64,000 bases of DNA from an uncultured Gammaproteobacteria bacterium (GTDB taxonomy: Bacteria > Patescibacteriota > Patescibacteriia > UBA11705 > JABHMO01). Below are positions 9,680-18,514 of the stretch, piece by piece. Made by a program: the position numbers and the translations under genes. The DNA is taken from assembly GCA_964590105.1 (NCBI GenBank), contig CAZPYM010000001.1, positions 366,172-430,171 of the forward strand. The letters run 5' to 3'. Every line of letters begins with the position of its first letter. The stretch's first letter is position 1. The notes below the pieces were generated by a model that worked only from the letters and a program-made list of their open reading frames with translations, searched no databases and had not been told where the DNA came from.

Positions 9680-10270
9680 ATGCAAAAATTGGTCATTGCC
9701 TCTCATAATCCAGGCAAAGTCAATGAATTCAAAAAATTTATGGCTGATTGGCCGTACGAAATTGTTGGACTGGATGATCTTGGAATTATTGATAATGTTG
9801 AAGAGACAGGAAATACTTTTGCAGAAAACGCATTAATTAAAGCTAAATTTTTTCACGAGCTGACCGACCTGCCTACGCTTTCCGATGACGACGGATTTGA
9901 AATAGACGCGCTTGAAGGCGAACCGGGAGTAAAAAGCCGCCGCTGGAAAGGCTATGAAATGTCAGACCAGGAAATGATTGATTACGCGCTTGAAAAGCTC
10001 CAAAATGTTCCGGCTGAAAAACGAACAGCAAGATTAAAAGCTGTTGTCTGTTTAATCTTGCCAAACAAAGATCCTATTTTCGCAGAAGCGGCAATTGAAG
10101 GAATCATCACCAAAAGACAAGAAGCTCTGATAATTAAAGGCTATCCATTTCGTTCAATAATGATAATTCCAAAATTCAATAAACTGTTCGCGCACCTAAC
10201 TGACGATGAACATAAACAATTGAGCCACAGATTACTCGCCTTGAACAAACTGAAAAACCAGTTAAAATAG
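9680..10270 (+). CDS. rdgB: Non-canonical purine NTP pyrophosphatase (RdgB/HAM1)
   Basis: ASHNPGK, EETGNTFAENALIKA, GEPGVKSRR and SHR motifs. Confidence 0.92.
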   Translation: MQKLVIASHNPGKVNEFKKFMADWPYEIVGLDDLGIIDNVEETGNTFAENALIKAKFFHELTDLPTLSDDDGFEIDALEGEPGVKSRRWKGYEMSDQEMIDYALEKLQNVPAEKRTARLKAVVCLILPNKDPIFAEAAIEGIITKRQEALIIKGYPFRSIMIIPKFNKLFAHLTDDEHKQLSHRLLALNKLKNQLK

Positions 10271-10279
10271 GAGGTCTAA

Positions 10280-10738
10280 GTGAGAGGAAACGACAGAATA
10301 GAACTTGTTCGGAAAAAAGACGAAACAATAACGCTCAGCCGCTGGGAAAAAATCATAACTTGGTTCAGCATTCTACTTTTTCAAAAAATCCTTAAGTGGG
10401 AAAATCCTAACAACAAAGCAAAAAGGATCCGGGCTAAAGTTGCCGCCTGGAACGATAAGAAAAAAGGAACATGCGTTGAATGCGACCAACAAGGGTTGAA
10501 AACTTGCCAGTATATTGATCCGAGGAAGAGCTACTATGAATGTCCTGCTTGCGGCCACCGCCAATATCACGACAACAGCAAAGATCTATATACCGAAATA
10601 CTAAGAAACCGGATAAAAGGTAACGGACTTCAACTCCGATACGCATTTCTAAAACCAGCCGAACTGGCTGTCATCCTGCTGATAATGATACTCGGTCTGA
10701 TAGGTCTCCTTTGTTGGATTACAATCACGACCAGCTAA
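10280..10738 (+). CDS. Hypothetical Zn-ribbon membrane protein
   Basis: CVEC...CPAC, C-terminal TM segment, AGGAGGT SD. Confidence 0.7.
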   Translation: MRGNDRIELVRKKDETITLSRWEKIITWFSILLFQKILKWENPNNKAKRIRAKVAAWNDKKKGTCVECDQQGLKTCQYIDPRKSYYECPACGHRQYHDNSKDLYTEILRNRIKGNGLQLRYAFLKPAELAVILLIMILGLIGLLCWITITTS

Positions 10739-10747
10739 CTTCACAAC

Positions 10748-10774
10748 AAAAAGAGCCCTCATCGGCTCTTTTTT
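10748..10774. terminator. Bidirectional terminator
   Basis: AAAAAGAGCC-loop-GGCTCTTTTT between convergent genes. Confidence 0.75.
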
Positions 10775-10787
10775 ATTTTAATTAATT

Positions 10788-11303
10788 TTATTGGCCGGCC
10801 TTGACGTCTCCAACAGCATTTTCTACTTTTTCCTTAATTTCCTGAACATCTTCATAAGTTTCCTTGGCTTTTTCATATCCCTGCTGAACATCTTCTACTG
10901 TCTCTTTGGCTTGTTGATACTTGTCTTGCAAATCCGCTGCGTTTTGTTTTGTTTGTTCCAGCAATTGCTCACCTTGTTCAATCCCTTTTTTGGTTTCTTC
11001 AACTCCCTGAGGCAAAACTTTTTCAATTTTTTGTTTTTTGTCGTAATAATCCTTGATCAGATCGTCTTTGATATTTACGATAAAATAATAAATCAAATAA
11101 CCGGCTAAAATCAAAATCAAGATTACAAAAACGCAACAATATTTTTTCATGGCGCTTTTCCTGTGATCGCGCTCGTCTTCTTCCCGATACGGCGCCCGCC
11201 TTTGCTGCAAAGCGGACAACCGGTCTTTTTTTTCTTCAATATATTCCTGATTCAAGCGGGCGTATTCTTGTTCGCGCTTGAATTGTTCACTGGAATGTTT
11301 CAT
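10788..11303 (-). CDS. Hypothetical single-TM coiled-coil protein
   Basis: One TM segment followed by 11-mer-like amphipathic repeats (KAKETxEDVQ). Confidence 0.75.
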   Translation of the reverse strand: MKHSSEQFKREQEYARLNQEYIEEKKDRLSALQQRRAPYREEDERDHRKSAMKKYCCVFVILILILAGYLIYYFIVNIKDDLIKDYYDKKQKIEKVLPQGVEETKKGIEQGEQLLEQTKQNAADLQDKYQQAKETVEDVQQGYEKAKETYEDVQEIKEKVENAVGDVKAGQ

Positions 11304-11312
11304 AACGAAAAT

Positions 11313-11888
11313 TTACTTGTCGCGAATACTTAGATCATAAACAATCTGTTCGGCCTTTTGCAATGACTTTTTCGCTTGATCAAACTTGGTGCGCAGATAG
11401 CCGCCATGATTGTACTGCATTAATTCGTGAATAATACTGTCAATCACTGCCGCGGACGCTTTGACCTCCTTGATATTACCCTTGGTTGTCCAGATGACCA
11501 TCATGCGCAAAATTTCGCCGGTCAAATCTGACAATCCTCCAATATATTCATCCGGCAACACAAAAAATTCCTTGATCCCATCGATTCTCTTGCCATCAAT
11601 AAAATCACTGAATAACTTTGCTTCGACAAACTCTTCAACCGCCGCTTTCCAGGCTCCTTCAGTGCGAAGTTTGCCGTCTTTGCTGAAACGTGTTTCTAAA
11701 CTTATTAACCCTTTTTTTGATTCAGCAATTTTTTCCTCGGCTTCTTTTTTTCCATCTCTTTGCAAAGCAAAAATCGCCTGCTTGGCCAATTGCTGGGCAG
11801 TTGAACTTTCACTGATAATTTTTCGCCTAGCAATGTCATATTCGGTCTGACCCTGCAAAACGCTTTGCCAAAATTTTTTGTTTAACAT
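11313..11888 (-). CDS. Translin/TRAX-family protein
   Basis: All-helical; EEFVEA and YIGGLSDLTGEILR acidic motifs; C-terminal LRTKFD. Confidence 0.8.
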   Translation of the reverse strand: MLNKKFWQSVLQGQTEYDIARRKIISESSTAQQLAKQAIFALQRDGKKEAEEKIAESKKGLISLETRFSKDGKLRTEGAWKAAVEEFVEAKLFSDFIDGKRIDGIKEFFVLPDEYIGGLSDLTGEILRMMVIWTTKGNIKEVKASAAVIDSIIHELMQYNHGGYLRTKFDQAKKSLQKAEQIVYDLSIRDK

Positions 11889-12002
11889 ATTAAAGGAAAT
11901 TAGAAAATGGAAATTAGAGACTAGGGTTGCTGGCTATAATTTAGACCATTCTAATTTAACCCCAATTTCAGGTTTCTAGTTTCCAGTTTTAGCTAATTAA
12001 TT

Positions 12003-12998
12003 TTACTTTAAATATTTTTGTTTATTCAAAACATGCTCGTCATAATTTTCGCTAAAAATAATATCGCCGTCAGGCGTATTTAAAAAATACCAATACTCAG
12101 TATCTTCCGGATATAAAACAGCTTTTATTGATTCAATGCTTGGATTACTGATAGGCCCAGGCGGCAAACCTGGATATTTATAAGTATTATAAGGATTATC
12201 AACTTTGATATCCTCACTGCTTGGCGCTGCCTGCCCTTTTTGCGTTACATAATTTACAGTGGCGTCGCTCTGCAAAGCCATGCCGATTTTTAATCTTTTC
12301 AAAAATATATCAGCTACTTTTCGGCGGTTTTCATAACCAAACATTTCTCTCTCAACAATACTGGCCAAAGTTACCACTTCAAAAATTGATCTTCCCTGTT
12401 TTTTCGCTTCTTTGCGGAATTCATCAGTCAGCTTGTTGTCAAAATTAGCCAGCATTTTGTCAACAATTACCGCAACGCTTGTCTGCTCATAAATGCGGTA
12501 GGTATCAGGATACAAATAACCTTCAAGTGAGGCTTTCTTGGGCCGATCAATTAAAAACAAAAATGTTTTTTCACTGTATTTATTGCCGTAATCAAGAAAA
12601 TCTCCCGGCTGGATCAAGTTTTGTTTTGCTAAATAATCGTCCATTTGTTCTCCGGTCCAGCCTTCCAAAAGGGTAATATTTATTTCCTTGTTTGAATTCT
12701 GAGCATTGGTGAGAGCCACGATCAACTCTTTGATACTCATGCTGGTTTTCAAATCATAAACACCATCGACAAACTTGGTTTTATTTCCAGAAGCGGCAAC
12801 ATAAACCTTGAACCAAAAAGGTTTTTCCAAAAATCCCTGGGCAACCAAATTATCCGTGATCAATCGCACACCTTCTCCCTTTTTTATTTCAAATTCCTTG
12901 TCGCCAAATTGGTTTGGATTTTGACTATTTATTTGATTATAAAAATATATAGTAAAAATCACCAACAGTATTAATATGCCTAACAATATTTTTTTCAT
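12003..12998 (-). CDS. mltG: Endolytic transglycosylase MltG
   Basis: EGYLYPDTY, LASIVERE, LQSDAT, PYNTY..GLPPGPISNP motifs. Confidence 0.96.
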   Translation of the reverse strand: MKKILLGILILLVIFTIYFYNQINSQNPNQFGDKEFEIKKGEGVRLITDNLVAQGFLEKPFWFKVYVAASGNKTKFVDGVYDLKTSMSIKELIVALTNAQNSNKEINITLLEGWTGEQMDDYLAKQNLIQPGDFLDYGNKYSEKTFLFLIDRPKKASLEGYLYPDTYRIYEQTSVAVIVDKMLANFDNKLTDEFRKEAKKQGRSIFEVVTLASIVEREMFGYENRRKVADIFLKRLKIGMALQSDATVNYVTQKGQAAPSSEDIKVDNPYNTYKYPGLPPGPISNPSIESIKAVLYPEDTEYWYFLNTPDGDIIFSENYDEHVLNKQKYLK

Positions 12999-13001
12999 AA
13001 T

Positions 13002-13655
13002 TTACTTTTGTTCTTTATTCACCTTGCCCTGCGGCGGCAGTTTTTTCTTTAATATTTTTGTAAGCACAAACGGGGCGATTGTAAATATTAGAAATAACAC
13101 AATAAAAAATTCCAATCCGCTGATAAGACCTCTTAAATAATGCAGAGAATTTCCAAAGAAAAATCCAAGAAGCAAATAAAAAGCCGCCCAGATCAAAACT
13201 CCAATTATATCGGAAATAATAAATTTTTTTTCTTTTTCACCGGCCGCGCCCATATAAAACGGCACAAATGCACGAGTCGGTCCGATAAACCTGCCGACAA
13301 TGATGCTAAGAGTTCCCTTATCGAGCAAAAATCCCCCGGCTTCCGGCACATATAAATATTTAAATATGCTCTTTTGTCCAATCTTTAAATCCAGACCTTT
13401 TCTTTTGCCAAGATAATAACTGGCAATGTCACCAACCAGAGCGCCCAGTACCGCCGCGCAAAAAGCCAACCAAAAATTAAACTGGCCGATATATGACAGA
13501 AAACCAATTAATACAATGATGATTGTTCCGGGAAAAATAATTCCAATAAATGCAAATGCCTCCAAAAACGCAAACAAAAAAATTGCTTCATATCCTCTAA
13601 GCGGAAAATATTCCCAGCAATAGCTGATACTGGCCAGAATCTGATCTATGCTCAT
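13002..13655 (-). CDS. DedA family membrane protein
   Basis: FLE...PG, GALVGD..SY..G, GRFIGPTR motifs. Confidence 0.9.
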   Translation of the reverse strand: MSIDQILASISYCWEYFPLRGYEAIFLFAFLEAFAFIGIIFPGTIIIVLIGFLSYIGQFNFWLAFCAAVLGALVGDIASYYLGKRKGLDLKIGQKSIFKYLYVPEAGGFLLDKGTLSIIVGRFIGPTRAFVPFYMGAAGEKEKKFIISDIIGVLIWAAFYLLLGFFFGNSLHYLRGLISGLEFFIVLFLIFTIAPFVLTKILKKKLPPQGKVNKEQK

Positions 13656-13656
13656 A

Positions 13657-14742
13657 TTAAATATACTTGTTTTTATTTTGTTGTTTTAATTTTTCCACGA
13701 TTTTCTTTACTTTTTGCGCTTTGCCCTTCGGACAGACAAGCAAAACATCTTCCGTTTCAATAATAGCCAGATCCTCCAGTTCAACTGCGGCGATAAGCTT
13801 TTTGCCGGAACCGTAGACCAGACAATTTGAACAGTCGCTCGAAATGAAATTTTCAGCATTAATCACATTGCCATTCTTGTCGCCTTCGACTTTTTGGGAA
13901 TCATACAAAACATCAAATGTCCCCACATCGCTCCAGCCAAAATCGTCTTTAATAATAAGCACCTGGCTTGGATTAATTTTTTCCGTAATGGCAAAATCGA
14001 AAGAAATTTTTTCCAGCAATCCATATTCCCGGGACACCCGATCAAAATCTTTGTGCTGGAAAGCCTCCACAATATTATTTAGAATTGCATAATGCGCCGG
14101 ACTATTAACGGCAAAAGCTTCAAGTATTTTGGCCGGCGTCCACATATAATAACCAGCGTGCCATAAATAACTTCCCTGCTGTAAATATTGTTTAGCTGTG
14201 TCAAAATCCGGTTTTTCTTTGTGCCCCAAAAATTCAAATACTTCAACTCCATTGCTGGATTCAAATTTCTTGCCTATGCGCGTATAGCCGAGCGCAGTAC
14301 TGGGAAAAGTCGGGTAAACAGCGATGTCCAGCATTTTTCCTGTTTGAACAATCAGCTCTCCTGCGCGTTTTATCATTTTTATAAATTTATCCACTTCGCC
14401 GATATAGTGGTCCGAAGGAACAAAAGCAATCGGCTCATCTCGAAATTGCTCGATCAAATACGCGGCCGCCAGCCCCATGGCCGGAGCAGTATCTCTTTTC
14501 TCCGGTTCGATAATATAATTGCTATCAGCAATATCGGGAACCAAATTTTTGGCCTGTGCCAGCAACTTGTTATTTAAAACAACATAAATATCGCTCAAAC
14601 TAAAATCAGCCCGAAATCTATCGACTGTTTGCTCAAACAATGTTTTCTGCCCGAATATTTTGGCAAATTGTTTTGGGTTGTTTTCACGGCTAAGCGGCCA
14701 CAATCTGGTTCCGCCGCCGCCGGCTAAAACTATTATTTTCAT
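13657..14742 (-). CDS. manC: Mannose-1-phosphate guanylyltransferase
   Basis: LAGGGGTRLWPLSR..PKQF, EP..RDTAPA, WSDVG motifs. Confidence 0.9.
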   Translation of the reverse strand: MKIIVLAGGGGTRLWPLSRENNPKQFAKIFGQKTLFEQTVDRFRADFSLSDIYVVLNNKLLAQAKNLVPDIADSNYIIEPEKRDTAPAMGLAAAYLIEQFRDEPIAFVPSDHYIGEVDKFIKMIKRAGELIVQTGKMLDIAVYPTFPSTALGYTRIGKKFESSNGVEVFEFLGHKEKPDFDTAKQYLQQGSYLWHAGYYMWTPAKILEAFAVNSPAHYAILNNIVEAFQHKDFDRVSREYGLLEKISFDFAITEKINPSQVLIIKDDFGWSDVGTFDVLYDSQKVEGDKNGNVINAENFISSDCSNCLVYGSGKKLIAAVELEDLAIIETEDVLLVCPKGKAQKVKKIVEKLKQQNKNKYI

Positions 14743-14780
14743 ATGCTACAACCTTAATCTATACGGCTAAAAAAATCAAC

Positions 14781-15599
14781 TCAGCGCCAAAGCATAAGAA
14801 TTATCAAAATTAATGCCAAACAAATTCTGTACCAGCCAAAGACATTTAATTTGTGATGCTCCAGAAATTTTAAAAAATACTTTATTGCCAAAAATCCAAC
14901 CAGCCAGGAACTGACAAAGCCGACTATAAAAACCAGAATTTCAGATGCTGGCAAAGCTTCCCAATCAACATCCATTAATTTAAAAATTCCGGCGCCCAGG
15001 ATCACGGGAATACTAATTAAGAAAGAAAAACGCGCCGCTTCCCTACGCTTTAATTTTGTACTCATTCCTGCTACAATGGTTATGCCGGAACGCGATAACC
15101 CCGGAATTAAGGCTAAGGCTTGAGCAAAGCCAATATACAGAGCGCGGCCGATTCCCATGCCTGAAAAATGCCTGCTATTGTCTTTTGAATATTTTTCCAC
15201 CAGAAACAATAGTCCCGCGCCGATAATAAGCGTAAAAACAACCGTCCAAATATTTCGGAAAAAATCATCAATTGTTTGTTCAAATAAAATCCCGATTATT
15301 GCGGCCGGCACGGTTGCGTAAATAATAAGCATCACTTCGCTCAAATCTGCTTTATTGACTTTCCTCCCAGGAATAAAAATTTCCAAAATAGCCACCAGGT
15401 ACCGCAAAATTTCTACGCGAAAATATATTACCACTGCAAAAAGAGTTCCCAAATGAAGCGCCACATCAAAAGTCAGACTGTCGCTGATATTTGACTGCCA
15501 GATCTCATGCAAAACAACAAGATGTCCCGAACTGGAAACAGGGACAAACTCTGTAATTCCCTGGACAATACCCAAAATTAACGAATAAATATATGTCAT
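14781..15599 (-). CDS. uppP: Undecaprenyl-diphosphate phosphatase
   Basis: QGITEFVPVSSSGH and PGLSRSG motifs; probable start ATG at 15599. Confidence 0.95.
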   Translation of the reverse strand: MTYIYSLILGIVQGITEFVPVSSSGHLVVLHEIWQSNISDSLTFDVALHLGTLFAVVIYFRVEILRYLVAILEIFIPGRKVNKADLSEVMLIIYATVPAAIIGILFEQTIDDFFRNIWTVVFTLIIGAGLLFLVEKYSKDNSRHFSGMGIGRALYIGFAQALALIPGLSRSGITIVAGMSTKLKRREAARFSFLISIPVILGAGIFKLMDVDWEALPASEILVFIVGFVSSWLVGFLAIKYFLKFLEHHKLNVFGWYRICLALILIILMLWR

Positions 15600-16021
15600 A
15601 CCAATTGATACTTGTGCCAATCGCAGCCGCTATCCTCGCTCAAATTATCAAAATGATAATCAACGGGATAAAAGACCAGTTTAGCTGGGGTGATTTAAAT
15701 AGTTACGGAGGAATGCCATCATCGCATGCCGCTCTGGTAACGTCCCTGTTTGCCATGATCGGTTATTTCGAAGGTTGGGATAGCGCGAGCGCGGCCATTG
15801 CCCTCATTCTCGCAATCATTGTTCTGCGCGACGCCGGCGGCTTTCGGCTGGTTCTAGGCAGACATGCAAAAGAATTAAACCAACTGATTCACGGCCTCGC
15901 AGCGACGAATTCATACAAATATCCACACCTGGATGAAAGGCTTGGTCACACGCCGCTTGAATTGTTTTTTGGAGCTTTAACTGGTGTTGCCGTTAGCGTG
16001 CTATTTATACTGTTTTTTTAA
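15593..16021 (+). CDS. Divergent PAP2 (DUF212/YuiD-like) protein
   Basis: GGMPSSH, DA.G.R and ERLGHTP motifs. Confidence 0.9.
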   Translation: MSYQLILVPIAAAILAQIIKMIINGIKDQFSWGDLNSYGGMPSSHAALVTSLFAMIGYFEGWDSASAAIALILAIIVLRDAGGFRLVLGRHAKELNQLIHGLAATNSYKYPHLDERLGHTPLELFFGALTGVAVSVLFILFF

Positions 16022-16884
16022 GATTGGCATTTCGGACAATAGCTGGATGTTCGTCCGGAAATTTTAATTTTTTCAATCTGTTTCCCACACTTCTTGCATA
16101 TTTCGCCATGGCGTCCATAAACTTTTAAAACTTTTTGATATTTTCCCTCTGCGCCATCGCTGTTAAGATAGGTGCTAACCGAAGTCCCCTGATATTTGAT
16201 GGCTTTGGTTAGCACTTTTTTAATATTTAAATATAATTTTGTTTTTTTAACACGCGATAAATCTTTTGACCGGCGATCTGGACGCACACCGGAATAAAAA
16301 CACACTTCATCCGTATAAATATTTCCCAGGCCAGCAATTAAATTTTGTTCCAATAAAATACTTTTTATTTTTTTATTTTTATTTTTTTCCAATAAATCAT
16401 TAAAATATGCCTGACTAAATTCTTTGTCAAAAGGCTCCGGACCAAATTCGGCAAATTCTTTTTCAATGTCCTGATTTTTTATTAATTTTAAATAGCCGAA
16501 TTTCCGCACATCATTGTAATACAACTGAGCTCCGTCTGTGAATTGGAAAATGACTCGCGCAAATCTGTCAGGCTGGTTTTCATGTCCTTTTATTGGATGG
16601 CCGCCGGTCAGCGCTTTGCCCTTTTTGGGATAATAAACAAGCTGGCCGGTCATTTTCAGATGAACAAGTATACTGTAATCAAAATTTAATTCAAAAACCA
16701 ATATTTTTGCTCGTCTTTTTACCCGAGTAAATTTTTTTCCATTTAAAAACCGAAGAAACTTCCCCGCGGACGGGGAAATTTTCTTTTTAAAGCTCGGCTC
16801 TATCCAAATTGCTCTGATTTTTTTCCCAGGCACTTTCCCGGCTAAGCCAATTTTGATTGTTTCAACTTCAGGCAGCTCTGGCAT
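16018..16884 (-). CDS. mutM: Formamidopyrimidine-DNA glycosylase
   Basis: MPELPEVET, HLKMTG, GLGNIY and a C-terminal zinc finger. Confidence 0.97.
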   Translation of the reverse strand: MPELPEVETIKIGLAGKVPGKKIRAIWIEPSFKKKISPSAGKFLRFLNGKKFTRVKRRAKILVFELNFDYSILVHLKMTGQLVYYPKKGKALTGGHPIKGHENQPDRFARVIFQFTDGAQLYYNDVRKFGYLKLIKNQDIEKEFAEFGPEPFDKEFSQAYFNDLLEKNKNKKIKSILLEQNLIAGLGNIYTDEVCFYSGVRPDRRSKDLSRVKKTKLYLNIKKVLTKAIKYQGTSVSTYLNSDGAEGKYQKVLKVYGRHGEICKKCGKQIEKIKISGRTSSYCPKCQS

Positions 16885-16926
16885 TCTTGAATCAAACTAT
16901 TTGATTAGTCTTTTCTCTTGATAAAC

Positions 16927-18510
16927 TCAAACTAAGGATTTGCCGCTCATATCTTCAGGCGCGTCTATTCCCAATATTTTTAAAATAGTCGGCGCCACAT
17001 CTGAAAGCAATCCTATTGGCTGGACTAAACTCAAATCATTGCCAACCAACTGCACGTCTTCGATTATTTTACCTTCAAATTCATTTCCAACTACAATAAA
17101 AGGAACCGGATTGGTGCTGTGTTCCTTGTCTCTTTCGCCGGTTTGCAAATTTACCAGTTCCTCAGCATTGCCATGGTCAGCCACTATCAAGGCCAATCCA
17201 TTTTTTGACAAAATCAAATCCACCACTTCGCCCAAATATTTATCAATCGTTTCAATCGCCTGCACTGTTTCTTTTATTTCACCTGTATGTCCGACCATAT
17301 CGGGATTGGCATAGTTCAGAATTATAAAATCATGCTTTTCTTTCAAAATTTCTTTAATAAGTGCATCGGTTACCTTTCGGGCGGACATGGCCGGCGTTTC
17401 AGCGTATGAAGCGACTTTTGGCGATGGAATTACAATTCTGTCTTCTCCCTCGTAAGGCTCTTCCACTCCGCCGCTAAAAAAGAATGTGACATGCGCGTAT
17501 TTTTCCGTTTCAGCGATATGAAGTTGTCTGCGCCCTTTTTCACTTAAAACTTTTGAAAGTGAGGTGCGAACAGATTCTTTTGGAAAGACAATTTTAACGG
17601 GCAATTCTTTTTCAAATTCGGTCATAGTTACGAAAAATAAATTTTGCAATTTTTCTTCACGATGAAATTTATCAAATTCATTCAGCACAAAAGCGTGGGT
17701 TATTTCCCTAGCGCGATCAGCCCGAAAATTAAAAAAAATTACTGCGTCATTTGACTGAATAGTGGCCACCGGTGAATTTTCTTTACCAATCACGACCGGC
17801 ACAAACTCTTCGTCATAAACTTTTGTTTTGTATGAAGCATCTACCGCCTCACCCGCTGATTTAAAGTATTCTTCACTCTTGCCGTCCACCAGAGTGCGGT
17901 AGGATTTTTCTACTCTTTCCCAACGATTATCCCTATCCATTGTGTACATACGGCCATGAAGCGACGCGATTTCTCCGACTCCAATTTTTTTAATTTTTGC
18001 TTCCAGCTCGTCTACAAAAAGCTTGCCACTATTGTACGGCGAATCTCGCCCGTCAAGAATCGCATGAATATAAACCTCGTCCACTTTTTCTTTCTTGGCC
18101 AATTCCAAAAGCGCGTAGCAATGATTTATCATGCTATGAACCTTTCCTTCGCTGGTTAATCCAAGTAAATGCAGTTTTGAATTATGTTTCTTGACATGTT
18201 CAAGCGCTTCCAACAATACTTTGTTTTGCGAAAACGATCCGTCTTCAATCGCCTTGTCAATACGGGGTAAATTCTGATAAAAAACTTTACCAACGCCTAG
18301 ATTTAAATGGCCGACTTCCGAGTTCCCCATCTCGCCCCACGACAAACCGACCGCTTCACCGGAAGCCAACAGCGTCATAGCCGGATAGCCTGCCACATAT
18401 TTAATAAAGTTTGGCGTTTTGGCAAGAGTTACTCCGTTTCCCTCAGAAGCAGGAGCAATCCCCCAGCCGTCTAACACGATTAAAATTACCGGTTTTGGTA
18501 TTTTTTTCAT
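16927..18510 (-). CDS. gpmI: 2,3-BPG-independent phosphoglycerate mutase (copy 1)
   Basis: LDGWG, GNSEVGH, ETEKYAHVT, NPDMVGH, ADHGN motifs. Confidence 0.95.
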   Translation of the reverse strand: MKKIPKPVILIVLDGWGIAPASEGNGVTLAKTPNFIKYVAGYPAMTLLASGEAVGLSWGEMGNSEVGHLNLGVGKVFYQNLPRIDKAIEDGSFSQNKVLLEALEHVKKHNSKLHLLGLTSEGKVHSMINHCYALLELAKKEKVDEVYIHAILDGRDSPYNSGKLFVDELEAKIKKIGVGEIASLHGRMYTMDRDNRWERVEKSYRTLVDGKSEEYFKSAGEAVDASYKTKVYDEEFVPVVIGKENSPVATIQSNDAVIFFNFRADRAREITHAFVLNEFDKFHREEKLQNLFFVTMTEFEKELPVKIVFPKESVRTSLSKVLSEKGRRQLHIAETEKYAHVTFFFSGGVEEPYEGEDRIVIPSPKVASYAETPAMSARKVTDALIKEILKEKHDFIILNYANPDMVGHTGEIKETVQAIETIDKYLGEVVDLILSKNGLALIVADHGNAEELVNLQTGERDKEHSTNPVPFIVVGNEFEGKIIEDVQLVGNDLSLVQPIGLLSDVAPTILKILGIDAPEDMSGKSLV

Positions 18511-18514
18511 ATTT

